A model generated the notes under the pieces. It ran no database searches, had not been told where the DNA came from, and worked only from the letters and a program-made list of their open reading frames with translations. Shown here one piece after another: positions 14,046 through 32,532 of a stretch of 64,000 bases of DNA. Every line of letters starts with the position of its first letter. Within the stretch, counting starts at the first letter, position 1. Location: assembly GCF_009914755.1 (NCBI RefSeq), contig NC_060931.1. One strand, given 5' to 3'. A program made the translations under genes and the position numbers. The DNA comes from the human T2T-CHM13v2.0 reference genome, Homo sapiens.

Positions 14046-15125
14046 GTGGTTTTGACATAACTTTTTAGTCTTCTAGTCTTCTTGTAATTGAAAAAAAAGG
14101 CAAAGCCAACTAGTGGTACACTGCTTGTATTGAATACTGTATTAGAAACATTAGAATAGCATGAATTCATGAAATGAGGTTCAATTAAAATAAGCTGTCA
14201 TAAACTTTTCAACTGTTTGTCCTGATTCACACAGTCAGCTACTTATCACACTTCTTCCTGCCTTCTAATTCAGACATCATGAAATGTTAGAATGACTTGT
14301 AATCTGCCAGTGAGGTGCAAGGAATGTTTTCAAATAGGAAAGCATGTAATTTCATGTCTTTTACATTTCTCTTTGACTCTCACATCTACCGTTCATTTTT
14401 TTTTCATCTGCTCAATTCTATCTGTGTTCCCAGAATACTCATAATATCAAACTGTTATTTAAATAATCCCCACCTAACAGAGGCCATCTTATTGGGACAT
14501 TATAAAAAATCCTCGCAGAGATTTATAAAAGCTAAACACCAAAGTATCTTCCTTATTCAGATTACAATTTTTAAAATAAGATTATTTGTGGAAGAGAAAT
14601 ATATACTGTTGAGGAATATGAGACGCTTCTTTGTTCTTGCTTTAACCTCCACTTCCACATATACTTGTATTTCACATGCATTTGTTATGACTATTTTCCT
14701 TTGCTTCAAATATGCTTGCCTCATTAAGAATCTCCTGTTTTGAGAAGACTTCTACTCATACGTAAAATTCTAATATTAAAATCACCTTCACTGCTAAATA
14801 ATAAAAATGATTCAATGTTTATTGAATCAAACATTCTAGTAGCATAGAAGCACATATTGCTCTCTTCACCCTGCTTCTCATATTTTCAGGGAAGTGTGCA
14901 TCTTAAATATTTTTTAAATGTCAAAGACAGCCATGCTGGAATGAAAATAAGGTTTGGCACAATGTGTAGGAAACATGTGAAGTCATGAATTGTGAATTTG
15001 AGAAACTGGGGGTATCTTGTAGTCTGTCCAGGATATGGTTGTCTTCTAACCATTTGGAACTCTTCGATCTTTGACCTCTTATCTTTCTTATAAAAAAGAA
15101 CAACCCTGGCAACCTTTTCCCATTA

Positions 15126-15381
15126 CAGGAGTCCCTCTATCCATGGGGAATACATATCCAAAGACCCGCATTGGATGTCTGAAACTGGAGACAGTGCGGA
15201 ACTTGACTGTTGTCAATGGGAACACATCTATATTCACGTCTTTCACCCACAAATTGAATTCATTTTCCATCTTAACTAAGCACTTATTCACTGTAGCTGT
15301 AACTTGTTAGTCATTGTGCCTGTAGCTTTTGCAATTTGACGTGTAACAGCAAAACTAGAGTAAATCTCTCTTTTTGCACAA
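15126..15381 (-). mobile_element. MER44/Tigger7, left part (split by L1)
   Basis: TA followed by TIR caggagtccctctatcc; minus ORF 15088-15291 contains KCLVKMENEFNLWVKD, a Tigger transposase relic. Confidence 0.85.
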
Positions 15382-18690
<3,309 letters not shown>

Positions 18691-19165
18691 TTCTCACCTT
18701 AGCTCTTAGCAACTCCAGCATACAATATTTTTCTTTCTATATTAAGTCGAGAACTTTCCTCCTATCACTTAAGAAAAAAAAGCTCTTTATGGCTTTTCAT
18801 TGGCATATCTGAACTGCCAGCATCATTACTCTTGTATATTTCAAGCCATTATTAAATAAAATAAAGGTTATTTGTACACAGTCATTGTCATACCATGACA
18901 GTTGATCTGATAAATCAGAGGACTACTAAGTGCCTAATGAGTGTGTAGCTTACACTGTGTTGATACATAAACAAATAAATGATTTACTTCCCAAGTGGGA
19001 GGCAGCATGATGGCACAAGATTTCATCACACTATTCAGAATGTCATGCAATTTGAAACATATGAACTGTTTTTCTCTGAAATTTTCTATTTAATATTTTC
19101 AAACTACAGTTTACCTAGGTAACTGAAATCTGAAAAAGATGAAACTGAGTAAGTGGGGAGTGCTG
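18691..19165 (-). mobile_element. MER44/Tigger7, right part
   Basis: Collinear with 5590-6028 (tgccagcatca, ctgata, agatttcatcac); ends taagtggggagtgctg followed by TA. Confidence 0.85.
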
Positions 19166-19617
19166 TACTCTTCTCTTGAAGGAACTCCTGCCCCAGGCCA
19201 CTGCAAGCATGTTTAATGCCCTGAAGCTAAGAGTGTTTTGACTCCCACTGATAGACAGGTAAAGGGGATAGGTTCTTCTTTTGAATTTCAATTCATTGTG
19301 TTCCAGACTCAGTATCAAACTAGTTATTGGTTTTCTTTTTTATTACAGGAGGGTATTATAATTATAGATAGAGTCAAAATAAGTCTACATCAATAATCAA
19401 TTTTAATAAGTTTCAAACAAAAATATAAAATAACTTTTCAAAAAATATTGATTTGTCTTTGGAGATGATCTATATTAGCAGGTTTTGTGAGACAGAAAAG
19501 TTACTTATTCTTGGCCACAGGTGAACTAGTAAGTCTATAAATTGCCTGTAAATCACTAAGTTAAAGACAAATGTGCAAGATTTTGAGGTGTTTTCTTTAG
19601 ACAGCATCCTTGTATGA

Positions 19618-19980
<363 letters not shown>

Positions 19981-21122
19981 CTTCTTAGCTATACTTTGAT
20001 GTAATGTTTACATACATTTTAAACTTGGAAAATAATTGTCACAATTAAGTATTCAAAAAATAAATTTACCACTCTTGACTCCAGAGGGTTTGTTGCTGAG
20101 CCATAATTTAAAGCTGCTGCCCCTTAAAATGCTTGGATGCAGACTCATAAATCTATTTTAAATAATATAAAAATTTCATATAGCGATCTAAACACACACA
20201 CTATTATAAATAGAGAATCAGGTTGGAACAATTTTAAATGTATGAGGGCATAGAAAACCGAGAAAAGTGCCAATTATTAGTGCCATCAAAACTTTTTAAC
20301 CAGAATGACATCATTTGTTTTTTCCAATTATTTTTCAGCCTTATACTAAACCAAGGAGATTTTTGCTACCTTCTCAAAACTAGTTTCTTTCATAAATCCG
20401 AATCTTACTTCAAAGTCTTGTTTTATTGGTTCATTTCTTTTTCTCTTCCTGGCAAGTGAACCAAATCCACAGATCTCCTAATGGAACTTTCTGGAGTCAT
20501 ATGTGAATTGCGATGAATTTAGTTCAACTCTTGTAAGTAGAAATCCCTAACTCCAAAACAAACAAACAAACAAATACCTGTGAAAGTGTAGGTTTTTTGG
20601 TGAAATAAAGCCTAGTCCTCTCAGAGGTGTGATGTAGATGCAAAAATAATTTAAGATCTAAAGTAACTCTCTTATTTTGGGGATGTCGGGTAAATAACTT
20701 TTCACCAAATTCCTTATATCTGAACAGTTGAGGCTGTAGAAACAATGAGAATTGCACTTTACAAAATAACAATAATTATTTAAAACATGTAATTAACCTC
20801 AAGAAAGCATTGGGATTAAAATATATTTTACTGAAACAATATTTATTTAATTAAAATATTTGATAGATTGAGTGTATGTGTTGTCTTTTCTTTATAAAGT
20901 TAATACATAATGAACTCCATCAATAGAACATGTGTTTTGTGCTTTTTTTTTTTTCAAAAAACCAAGATGGTTTCCCTTATTCATCTTCATTTTCCCATGT
21001 ATATTACCTTAGAAACCAATGAAATGTACATTTATATGATTGTCTGCTTGATGAACTGTGAATGTAAGAAAAGTAAGGTTTTTCACATTAGGTAAAATTT
21101 TGCATGCTTTACATTTGCTTAT

Positions 21123-21505
21123 TGATATGGTTTGGCTCTGTTCCCATCCAAATCTCATCTTGAATTGCATAATAGTTCCCATAATCCCCAAGTGTCATGA
21201 GAGGGACCCTGTGGGAGATAATTGAATCATGTGGACAGTTTTCCCCATGCTATTCTCATGATAGTGAATAAGTTCTCACAAGATCTGATGGTTTTATAAC
21301 GTGCTTTCCCCTTTGCTCAGCTCTCATTTTTCCCCTTCCTGCTGCCATTGAAGAAGAATGTGTTTGCTTCCCCTTCTGCCATGATTGTTAAGTTTCCTGG
21401 GGCTTCCACAACCCTGCAGAAATGTGAGTCAATTAAACTTCTTTCCTTTATACATTACCCAGTCTCAGATATGTCCTTATAGCAGCATGAGAACAAACTA
21501 ATACA
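21123..21505 (+). mobile_element. THE1 (THE1C/D-like) solo LTR
   Basis: tgatatggtttggct...actaataca; perfect 5-bp TSD cttat. Confidence 0.95.
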
Positions 21506-23419
21506 CTTATACCTTGACAAATTCTGTCCTTTCCATAAAATTAATATTTCCTCTGACCCTAAAGACATATTATGGTAACTTTAAAATTAATTTAAATTTA
21601 ATATTTCTATTGATTTTATTTGCAATATCTATTATAGAAACTTACAAGATATAATAAAGAGAGGTAATTATTACTCTATGGTGCCAACTTAACATATATA
21701 TTATGAGTAAGTTATGCATAATTTTAATTAATAATTATCATTTTGTTCTCCATTCCAGATTTGTTTAGATTTTCCATGGCTCAGCTTAAAATCATCTATC
21801 CCATGAAACTCAACCTAGGTTTATTTTGATGATTCTGTGATAACTAATTTTCTCACTACTATAATATTTCCCTGAACTTATTTTATAGATTCAACATAAA
21901 ACACACACTATCTACTGTAAAAATTATTTTAAAATTTAAAAATTTATCTATCTATATCTATACATATACTCCCTAAATAACTTAATTTTCCCTTTGTTCT
22001 ATTTTTGTACCATTCTGCTTTCACATTGAACTAATTAATGCCTGGTAAAGCCTTTTATTAATTTTTAATTCAACAAAATTTTATTGATTAATTATATTCA
22101 AAACAGGTATTGAACTTGAAATGAAATGAGTCTAGATTTAACTTGTTCATAGTTAACCATAATGCCTCATCAGAAAGACAAGGTTGTTACTTTCATGTTT
22201 TATATTTGAATCATTCAAATAACACTTACTCTTCAACCTCATCCCAGGGATAAAGACTGTTCTGAGGACTGTTATTTGAAAGACAGAACATTGACATTTA
22301 CTTTACTGGCATAGTTCAAACATTAAAACATCTCAAAATTATGGAGACCAGAACAATTGGTGATTATATAAGGGCTAGTTTACAACACTTCAGATAAGCA
22401 TATATTACCCTCCTTTAAACCATCAGTTACACAAAGGTTTACGCCATATTTTAGAAGATAAATTATTATTATAGAAGGTAAACTACTTCACAGTGTAATA
22501 CCTAAAAAAAGTAATAAGTGGAGTAAATGTTGGTATATTTTATAAAACGAATGGTAAGTTTTCTAAAACATTCATTTGTCTTTGTCATTTCCTCCAAAGA
22601 ACCAAATTTATACTAATAAAAATGGACTAACAGGACTTTTAATATGTCAATGTATATTTTTCCACTGAATTCAAATTGTTCTATTTTTAGAAACCTATGA
22701 AAATAACGAGCTCAATTTCCCTTTATGACCAATTTGCAAATAAATATAGAAGTTTGACAAAATACAGCTTATGTTTGTCCTTTGTTCGTAAATTATTTTA
22801 TCAAATTAAAATAAATCACAGTTTTATGAACTCTATAACTTACTTGGAATACATCAATTGCCCTTGAAATCATATCCATGGAGTTAGAAGTTTCTAAACA
22901 TTTTTTATTGGAAAAGCTGGAACTTTAAACACAGTCTCTGTATTTTAGAAATATATTTTTTTCTTCTCACCTAAGTATGGAATGGGTTTAATTTAGGACA
23001 CTCATTTAAAAGGAAGATTTAAAGACAATGCTCCACTGGGCAATTCCTTTTGGACATTATCTCCGTTTGCCAGAGAAGTTTTCAGAAATTTAGAGAAGAA
23101 AAATAACCTCTTTCAAAGTAGTTCAAAGTAATTGGTTAGAGACTATTCTTGATGGAGTGTAAAGCCTGAACATAAGTTGAAAAATAAAATACATTCTCAC
23201 ATAGATTGTAATGTGTTTAAAAAGAGAATTTCTATAGATGAATTTAATTTCTTGGACAGAGTTAATTTCTAAGTCTATAGTGACATATTATCTGGCTGAA
23301 TTATGTAAGCAGTGTTTTACTTCATTATCCTACTTGGTGATTATTTTCATTGAACACCAGACTCTAACAGATTGAATATTGCCTGCATTTGCTAATGAAA
23401 GAGCCCACCAGAGTCCAGT

Positions 23420-24900
23420 TAAAAATAAAGATCATATGGAGGGTAACAATATGCATCAATGTGCATGAATGTTGCATGATATGGTCTTTGTCCTTAGGCA
23501 GCTTACAATCTACACAGGAAAGTAAACTATTTATATGAATAATTAAATGAAGCTTAAATATACAGTGGGAAAATTTGAGAATGATATTATGGAAGATGAG
23601 GTCTCATCTAATTCATGGAAGGTTCTATCATAATAGCAGAATCTTAATAAATCTTGAGAAGTATACAGGACTTTGTCAGGTTGGTGGTGGAATGGTTGGG
23701 GAGAAATATCCAAGCAATGGAAGATGCAGAGAGTATTGAAAGCTGTTTTGTTATTGCTTTACTTTGTTTAGTAAGGCAGCACCAGTGTTTTGATTTTAAA
23801 AACCAGTGGGAGAGATATGTAAGGAAAATAGATGGAATCTCATGACCCTTTTAATAATCTTGTTAAACAGTATAACCATAAAGGGATTTGAATAGCAGAA
23901 TTTCAGAATAAATTGTTTGCTATAACTGAAGACAAATTAATCTTCAATATGGCCAGTAGATGCAAAGTTATGGAAACTGGAAATATAGCATGAAATTACT
24001 GGCTAATATGATATTCTAGAAGAGAGACCATGGTGAGCTATTGTAGAATAGTAAGGTGTAGAAGATACATATGAGAAACATTAGGGTCATATAAGCTTGG
24101 CCTAACATGAGTAATCTCAAGTAAAGAGCTAACTGTGCCTTTGGCTCTGTAAACTTTGAAGACTACATAAAAAATTGTGTCATGAATGGAAGTAGTAAGG
24201 TTAGAAACATAATCGAGAAGTTTAAGAGAATTAGTTTAATTTGAACATGCAGTTGGAAAAATATTTTAAGCCAAAATACCTCCAAAATTTATATTTTGAA
24301 ATTAGTGTATGGGAGAGAGTTTGAGAATGAAGATAAAAATTATGTAGGCATAGGAATTAAACACTAGCTGTGGATAATCTAGAATAAGATAAATAAAGAG
24401 AGTGAGAAAAAGCAAGAAAAGGACTGAGGAATTTTCCTTAGAGAAAAATTATATTTAAGCAGGAAAAAGAAAAAAAAAGGACTAGGAAGAGGAGTGAAAC
24501 AAGGGGAAAAATGAAGAGGAGTCCTTCAAGGGCATCACTTATTTTTTATATCAATAATTGGTACACTAGATCAGAATTGCCTGGGTATCTTAGGCAATAT
24601 ATTGCTGAGCCCACCACCAAAGTTTATAATTTATTAGATCTTGGATGAGGCCAGACACTCTGTAATTCAAAAGTTTCCAGATAATTCCAGATAGTGTTCT
24701 GGAAAGTACACTTTGAAAACCACTGCAATAGGGTGTCATGAAAAATAAGGGACGAGATTTTCAAGAAAATGAGATAGTCCAAACGTTAAATATAATAAAG
24801 CATGCAGGAATAATAAGTGCTGAGAACTGGCAACTTAGTCTTCTGTACCAGTGTTATTTTAAAAAGGATTTAGAATTTAATAACTTGTATTAATGGCTTT
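23420..24900 (-). mobile_element. L2 fragments
   Basis: Purine-rich degenerate L2 (ggcagcttacaatctac, gagagagtttgaga, ggactgagg); boundaries approximate. Confidence 0.45.
24555..24726. mobile_element. MER5A
   Basis: atcagaattgcctggg...attgctgagcccacc...acactttgaaaaccactg. Confidence 0.7.
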
Positions 24901-25147
24901 GGCAGCAGTAAAAGAAGTTGTGAGTGTATGTGTATAGCTAGGAAATGAATGTAATAAATATAGATTGCTTAATAAGGTTGATGGTGAAGAATACTTTCAA
25001 AAAATAGGTAAGGATTTTCTGGAGCATTTTATTCTAGGCCTTCCAAGGTAATTAACAAAATAATAAATGTTTCCATGCTAAAGCATTAGTATGAAAAGAA
25101 TGCTATGTTTCTAGAGCTGGGAGAAAAAAAATCTCTTGTAAAGAGAC

Positions 25148-25523
25148 TGTATTAGTCTGTTCTCACACTGCTATAAAAAACTATCTGAGACTGGGTAATT
25201 TATGAAGAAAAGAGGTTAACTGATTTACGGTTCCATGGACTGTACAGGAAGCATGGCTGGGAGGCCTCGGGAAACTTAAATCATGGTGGACGGTGAAGGG
25301 GAAGCAAGCACCTTCTTCACGTGGTGGCAGGAGAGAGAGACAGCATGAGGTGGGAGCTGCCACAAAATTTTAAACCATCAGATCTCATGAGAATTCACTC
25401 ACTATCACGAGAACAGCAAGGGGGAAACCACCCTCATCATCTGATCACCTCCCACTAGGCTCCTCCTCCAACACACACGGATGGCATGAGATTTGGGTGG
25501 GGACACAGAGCCAAATCATATTA
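25148..25523 (-). mobile_element. MSTA-like solo LTR
   Basis: tgtattagtctgttctcac...gccaaatcatatta; perfect TSD gagac. Confidence 0.95.
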
Positions 25524-26087
25524 GAGACTACCTTTACAGGACTTGATAGAAGCTCAGGCTAGCCAACACAGTTCGCAAAAAGGAAATTAATAAAGGATCA
25601 AAAAAAGAGGAAAAGAAGAACTGAAGATGAATCTGAGGTGAGACCCAATGGTCTGGGGCCAGGTGGAGGAACAAGAACAAAGAGTTACATCTACTGAGGA
25701 GTTTCCAGTGAAATTTTATGGGAACATAATTGGACCTGTCCTTGGTACCATTTCATGATGCAGCGACTATAATTGGCCTTCTCATAGAAGCTGTTGAAAA
25801 AGCTGAGCTGTGCATATACATTTTGGCACATGTGCAAGTAAACATACATCTGATTTACATTGTTATAATACTTCATTAATTAAAGGAACCCTCTTAGTCT
25901 CCCCATTTTCATGTGGTAACTTAAATCTGAGGTTAAAAATGTATTCACAGCAATTTAAAAAGTTTAATCACTATTTAAACATTTTATATAGATATCAGAT
26001 TTCTAGTATCTACAAAAAAAACTAAGATATTTTCACCGAAGGTGACCTGATCTACGCTGTTTCATAAAAAAAAAAAAAAATGTTTTC

Positions 26088-26197
26088 AGCAGGGCACAGT
26101 TGCTCATGCTTGTAATCCCAGCACTTTGGGAGGCCAGGAGTGTGAGACCAGCCTGTACAACATAGCAAGACCCTGTCTCTACAAAAAACAAAAAAAG
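26088..26197 (+). mobile_element. FLAM / free left Alu monomer with internal deletion
   Basis: Monomer with A tail; gaggcc joined directly to aggag. Confidence 0.85.
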
Positions 26198-26519
26198 TTT
26201 TACATATCCTAATCAATGCCACATTTTTATAATATTAAAGCATTGGCTTTGATCTGTTAGTTCTCCTATTTGTAAATATATATATGATGTAATTTTTTTC
26301 TATTTGCCTTGCAAATATTAGAGACTTTTTTAAATTTGGTTTTGGTTTTGTTTCCATTTCATCTTCTCTTTTAGTATGTGACATTTATTCAAACATTTTT
26401 GTGAGGTTTGGCTTCCATTTCACATCAAGAATGTACTCATATAAGCTCAGTGAAGTTTGTCACTATTCCTCTCACACTGGTGTTGAGAGCCCAATGTGTT
26501 TTATACATTCCTGGTTTAT

Positions 26520-27050
26520 AGTCAACATTTACTGTCTTTTGCCTTACCACTGTCTTGCCTCTTTTTTCTAGTAATAGAAATTTTCTTGGGGGAATATCCC
26601 TCCTCCCATATCATTACTTATGGCTTAAGGGCACTCACAACCATTCTGATCACAAGGAACTTAAGTAATCCTGTCAAAACCAAACAGAGCATCAAAGCAA
26701 CTGCAATAATGATTGGTTCAGAATAGGCATTTGATCTAGGCTGATCAAATGCAACTTTATTCTGGGGCTCTTTGGACATATTGAGAGGAGACAGTCTCTC
26801 TTTCCATAAACTAGAAGCTGTGTTGATATGTCTCAGTTGCTAAGGGGGAAACCATGTGGAGAAAATCTGCCTGAAAATGAAACCCAATACAAAGAAAAGC
26901 AGAGTGAAAAGAGACTAATGATGACAGCCTTTGAATTTTTGAAGTTCTAGAGGGTGATAAAGGCAGCTCAGCTATAGGAAATAATGTATTCCTTGTTTCT
27001 ACTTAAACCAATTTTGGTTGAGGTTTTTTTTGTCCTAATTTTAAAAAGTG
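26520..27050 (+). mobile_element. Old ERVL/MaLR LTR relic
   Basis: ggttcagaataggcatttgatctaggctg, ctgcctgaaaatgaaaccca..aaagcagag; subfamily uncertain. Confidence 0.4.
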
Positions 27051-27189
27051 TTTGTGGAATTAGCATGGGATGATAAAAAATTCTGGAAGCATAAGGCTGA
27101 AGTTCTGCCTTGATTCCAAAATTTTCAGGATGGTAAACTTGTAATGGGATTTATGAATATTGCATTCCATCTATCCTTAGACTATTTTT

Positions 27190-27350
27190 ATTCAAAGTCT
27201 AGGCAGTGGAACAGCAGTACCCTTTCCCCTCACCTGAGAGCTTGTCAGAATGCAGAATATCAACCCTCCCTTTCCTATACTTAATAAATCAGAATCTGCA
27301 TTTTTAAAAGATTCCCTGTGAATGTGTATGTATATTTGAGAAGAAATGTT
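27190..27350. mobile_element. MER5A
   Basis: tcacctgagagcttgtcagaatgcagaat...aatcagaatctgcattttt. Confidence 0.7.
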
Positions 27351-27612
27351 ATAGATCTTTGCTAGATCTTGACCCGCATGATTCAACTTTGTGGTTCTCA
27401 CACTGGCTACTCTGTTTACACTTAGAAAAACCATTCTCCAGATTCCTGCATTTCTAAGTTCCTAACATTTTAGTCTTTTTCAAATTTTATCTTTTCAATG
27501 AAAGCTATTTTTTCTCCCTCCCTCCATAGGAATATGAATTCCTTAAAGCAGAGAGTTTTTCACTATTCTGTTTTATGATGTATCCCAAACATCGAATGCA
27601 GGTACCTGGTAC

Positions 27613-28119
27613 TGACAAATACTTTCCCCTTGACCAAACTTCAATCAGGCTCCTCTCAGCCCTCTTTTGATTTGGCCTTGACCTCAGACTGCCATGTCCA
27701 TGCTTGCAGAGTCCAGTTTTAGGAGGAGTCATACTAAGTCAGTTTAGAGAGAATCCTCTTAAACTTGATATGATTACCTTCGATGTCTGATCACCCTCAA
27801 TATCTGATCAAATTCCTCCTTCCCCACCATCCCCCAGGTGATATCTGATTACTGGCTTGCCATCAGCAAGAGTTCTGTTAAGTCAATGAAGTAATAATTT
27901 CTTCTACCCTTGATGTCTCCTCTTAGTAAATTTTCATCTATTCACTCCTGCACCACCAACCCAACTTGCTTCTTGGCTATACATCCCCACTTGTTCTTGT
28001 ATTTAGAATTGATCCCAGTCTCTCTCCTCGGTTGTTATTGTCTTGACATCTATTGTGGTAGTCCCAATTATTTTCTTATCATTTTAACAAATGAAAAAAT
28101 ATTTTTTATCTACTATACA
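27613..28119 (+). mobile_element. MER31-like ERV1 solo LTR inserted into an L2 3' tail
   Basis: tgacaaa...ccttgaccaaact..tcaggctcctct; flanked by tggtac repeats; L2 tail resumes cttaataaatactgttgaatt. Confidence 0.75.
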
Positions 28120-28812
28120 TGGTACTTAATAAATACTGTTGAATTAATTGATCATATACTAATACTTATCATATAGCATAAGGATATAAGTATCACAAAA
28201 ATTGGCACCAAACTATGTATCAGACATCATCTTATATTAATAGCCCCTAATTTCATTCTGGTCTAGATATACCGTTTTCTTCTTGACATTGAATATACCA
28301 AGTTAGTTCTACTCAAGTCCTTCACACTTGCTTTTATCTACTCTGGGCATTCTTTACCCAGATCTTCACACATTTAGCTCTTATTCATCACTCAGATCAG
28401 AGATTAAATTTCATCTTCTCATTTTAAATATTTGGTGTCTCAAATACATATTTTTATAGAATGTATCCCTTAACAAATTATTGTAGTTATTATTTTAATA
28501 GTTTTATTTTCATACTAAAGATATGTGATATATATTCCACAATTGCAGTATTTCAGTTTTCTAAACTTGACTGTCTACTTACTTTCAACAGTGAATTTTA
28601 TACTTTTATATTTCCTTTGTTACTAATTAGCATTCTTTTACTTCTTCTTGAGGAAATTCCTTTATCATTTCTAGTAAGACAGGACTGGTGGTGAATAACT
28701 TCTTCAACTTTTGTTTATCTTGGAAAATCTTTATATCTTCTTTATCAGTTCATGGACCTGTGGACATGTGGGTTATTTCCACTATTTTACTATTAGGAGT
28801 AAACTTTTATAA

Positions 28813-29227
<415 letters not shown>

Positions 29228-30276
29228 ATAGCTGTATCATTTTTTATTGCATGAGAAGTTCATGAAGTTCACAATTTCTTTATGTCATCATCAACACTTG
29301 TTAATGTCTTTGTAGTTTTAGCCATCTTAGTGTGTATGAAATCATATCTAGTTGTGTTATTTTTATTACACTAATAACTAATAATGTTTACCATCACCTT
29401 TTCATGTGTTTTTTGGCCACTTGTACATTTTCATTGAAAAAACATTTATGGAAATATTTAATTTTTTTAATTGGGTTATGTGGTTTTGTATTGTTGTGTT
29501 ATTAATATATTATTATCAGATATATAATATGAAAACATGTTTCATTACCATGAGGATTGTCTTTTCCTTTCCTGATAGTATCCTTTGAAACACAAAGATT
29601 TTACTTTTGATGAAGTCCAATTTACCTACTTTTTTTGTGCCTATACTTGTCACTTTTACTTTTTGTATCATATCTAAGCAATCACTGTATTGCAAAGTTA
29701 TATGTATCTATCTCTATATTTTATTCTAAGAGATTTATAGTTTTAGTTCTAACATGTAAGCATATGATCTGTCTTAAGTTAATATTTCTATATGCCATAA
29801 ATTAGGGACCCAACCTCATTTTTTTGGCATGTAGATATTGAATTATTTCAGCATCATTTATTGAATAGACAATTGTTTCCTATTTATTTGTCTTGTCACT
29901 CCAGTCAAAATTGATTATAAATGTAAAGATTTATTTCTGGACTCTCCATTTTTGTTTGATCTGTATGTCTTTCTTTGTGCCAAAATCTTCTTCTAACTCT
30001 ATTCTTATTTTTCAAAATTGTTTTGGTTATTCTGGATACCTTACATTTCCTTTTGAATTGCAGTTGCTAGCTTGCCAATTTTCATGAAAAAATGAAGATG
30101 TGGTTTTGATAGAGATTAGGTTGAATCTACAAATCAATTTTGGAATTCCAACCACTTTAACATCATTAAATATTCATATTCATAAACATGAGATTTCTTT
30201 TAATTCACATAGGATTTTTAATTTCTTCAATAATTTTTGAAGTTTCAAGTGTACAAATCTTTAGCTTCTTTCATAA

Positions 30277-30283
30277 ATATATA

Positions 30284-30333
<50 letters not shown>
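30277..30333. repeat. (TA)n microsatellite
   Basis: About 20 TA units with a short (TG)n insert. Confidence 0.95.
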
Positions 30334-30335
<2 letters not shown>

Positions 30336-31264
30336 CATTTTTAAAAGTAGGTATCTTTTATTATGCATAGCCACTTAAATCTCTGCTCAGTTTTGTTAGT
30401 GGTCAACTAATAATCTGAAGGTCTTTTCTTAAAATGCTTTAACTAATAATTTTTTGAGCATTTGTCAAGGAACTCTGTGTGCATGTGTTGAGTTAAAAAT
30501 TTAATGTTTCATCAAATAGTATATAACTCTGTTTTAGCCTTCACTACTTGTCAAAGTTCAAGGTCAGCCTAAGATGAGAGATTACAGTTTTTTCAGATGT
30601 ATCCTAGACATGGGAAATTTATGAAAATGTATGTAAGCTTCTAGATTCACAGAAATATGTCAAAACTTTTTAAAGCTCCTACCGACATCTCACTCTCCAT
30701 GTTTTTATTTTGAGTTTTTTGGTAACCTACTGTTAGGGCTACCTAGTATCACCACCTTAGGCAAACACAGTATTAAGCAATTGCTGCTAATTGTTTGTAT
30801 CAAACCTTCTGTGGATATGGCTTTTTGCTCAGTGTGAGCTCTGAGTTAAGTCAAACAAGGCAAACCTTAGTTATTCACTTTTTTCAAGAAGCTTCCAGAG
30901 AGGCAAATTACTAAGAATTTTCTGGAAATAGGGCCTTACAGGACTTCTAATCATGTTCTGACCCCTTGAGTTGCAACTACACTGCTTGTTTTTACAGTTC
31001 TCACAGTTTTGATGTTGATGTTGTTTGTTTTCATGGCTACCACAGAGCTAGAGAAAGGCAGATGATAACATTGCAATTTAAAGCACAACAATGTTGGTCA
31101 GTCTTACTAAAATTCAGTCATTTTTCTTGAATAATCATTAATCTGACTTTTCAAACTTCGGTTAATTTACAGAGTTCTGAAAAAAATAATTTTGACATTT
31201 TTCTTGTTGCTTTATGAGGTAAATTTTCATGCTTGTTTCCTTTGCCATTCTAAAAGTACTTTCA

Positions 31265-31480
31265 GAATTTAAATTTCCAGAATCTAATTTAATAAATTAA
31301 ATGTAACTCAATTGTATTTAAATTTATATTAATATTATACCCAATTTCATTTTACTTTCTCAGTCATATTAATCACTTTTTAAGTACTCAATAACTACAC
31401 AGGGCTGAAAGGTACCTTATTGAATAGTGAGGATATATATTATTTTCATCATCATGGAGCATTTTATTAGGTGAGGCTGT
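31265..31480. mobile_element. MER33/MER3-like hAT element
   Basis: ctcagtcatattaatcac...aagtactcaataactacac...ttttcatcatcatgga. Confidence 0.6.
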
Positions 31481-32532
31481 TCAGTAATATTACTTTGTTG
31501 TTCATTAAGTAATTGTTGGCATAATAAACTATTAATCCCTTCTAGCCAGTTGCCTATTGGCCTGACCTGCCAGGTTTTCTAATATCTGGGTTTCTCACCT
31601 TATCAGGGCAACCACACAATAAACTTCAAGTTGTTTCTGACAAGCAGAAAACTTACTATGCAAGAGATAAAATGGAAAATCCCAAGATTGTTTTTGGAGT
31701 AGTTTGGTTACCCTTGATCATTCACATTATTGTGGTCCTGAAATAAAATTAGAAAAGTGCACTGAGACCTAATTTTAGAGGCCTTGAATGCAAAAATTAG
31801 AAGTTCAGAAATATAATTCATGTAATTCTCATTTGCCAATAGGTAGTCATTTGTGGAGACCTATTGTGTTGCAATCAAGGAGAATTTCAAACCACACTGA
31901 GGCCTTGTAGAGTAATTCCATGATTCATAGAGGTCATTTCTGTGCCTAAAGACAGTAAGTGGTATTATATTTGCTACTTATTAATTATACTCAAGCTCCA
32001 CACTACAAATTTGGGAGAAATTACAGGGTTCTCTTAAAATTTCAAATGCTTCTTATATTCATTATCTAATTTTATTTTTGTAGCAACTTTGATATTGATG
32101 GTATTATCTATATTTTTAGGTGAGGTACTGGCAGGGAGGTTAATTAGCTGACCCATAAACAGAATTAGATATAGGGAGAAGATTTTTTGTAACATAAATT
32201 TGCTAACTTCAAGTCTTTTAACCATAAAATAGACCATATTGTATAATTTGCTCTATGCATCTCAGAATAGTGTCATATTTCCTTGATTCTAAGTTGTCAT
32301 CTACCATTATTTTAATAACAACATGTAGAAGCCTGTTATTTTTTTAAAAAAAAAACCTATAATCCTAATTCACATCACTTGTAAGACACATTCAGATTTT
32401 AAAAACAGTCAATACAGAAAGAATGTGAACATATAGTGACCCAAAATAGGAAATTTATAAAGTCAAAGAGGAGAACTTATAAACAAACATTTTTTTTTTC
32501 CATTTACTGCACTTAAAATAGTGTATTCATAT

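Noticed and set aside
14315-14743. 142-aa ORF in non-repeat DNA
   Set aside because: GTG start, composition typical of AT-rich noncoding DNA, no recognisable domain
27765-27855. Repeated tctgatca/tgatta motifs
   Set aside because: Inside the MER31-like LTR and probably part of its consensus
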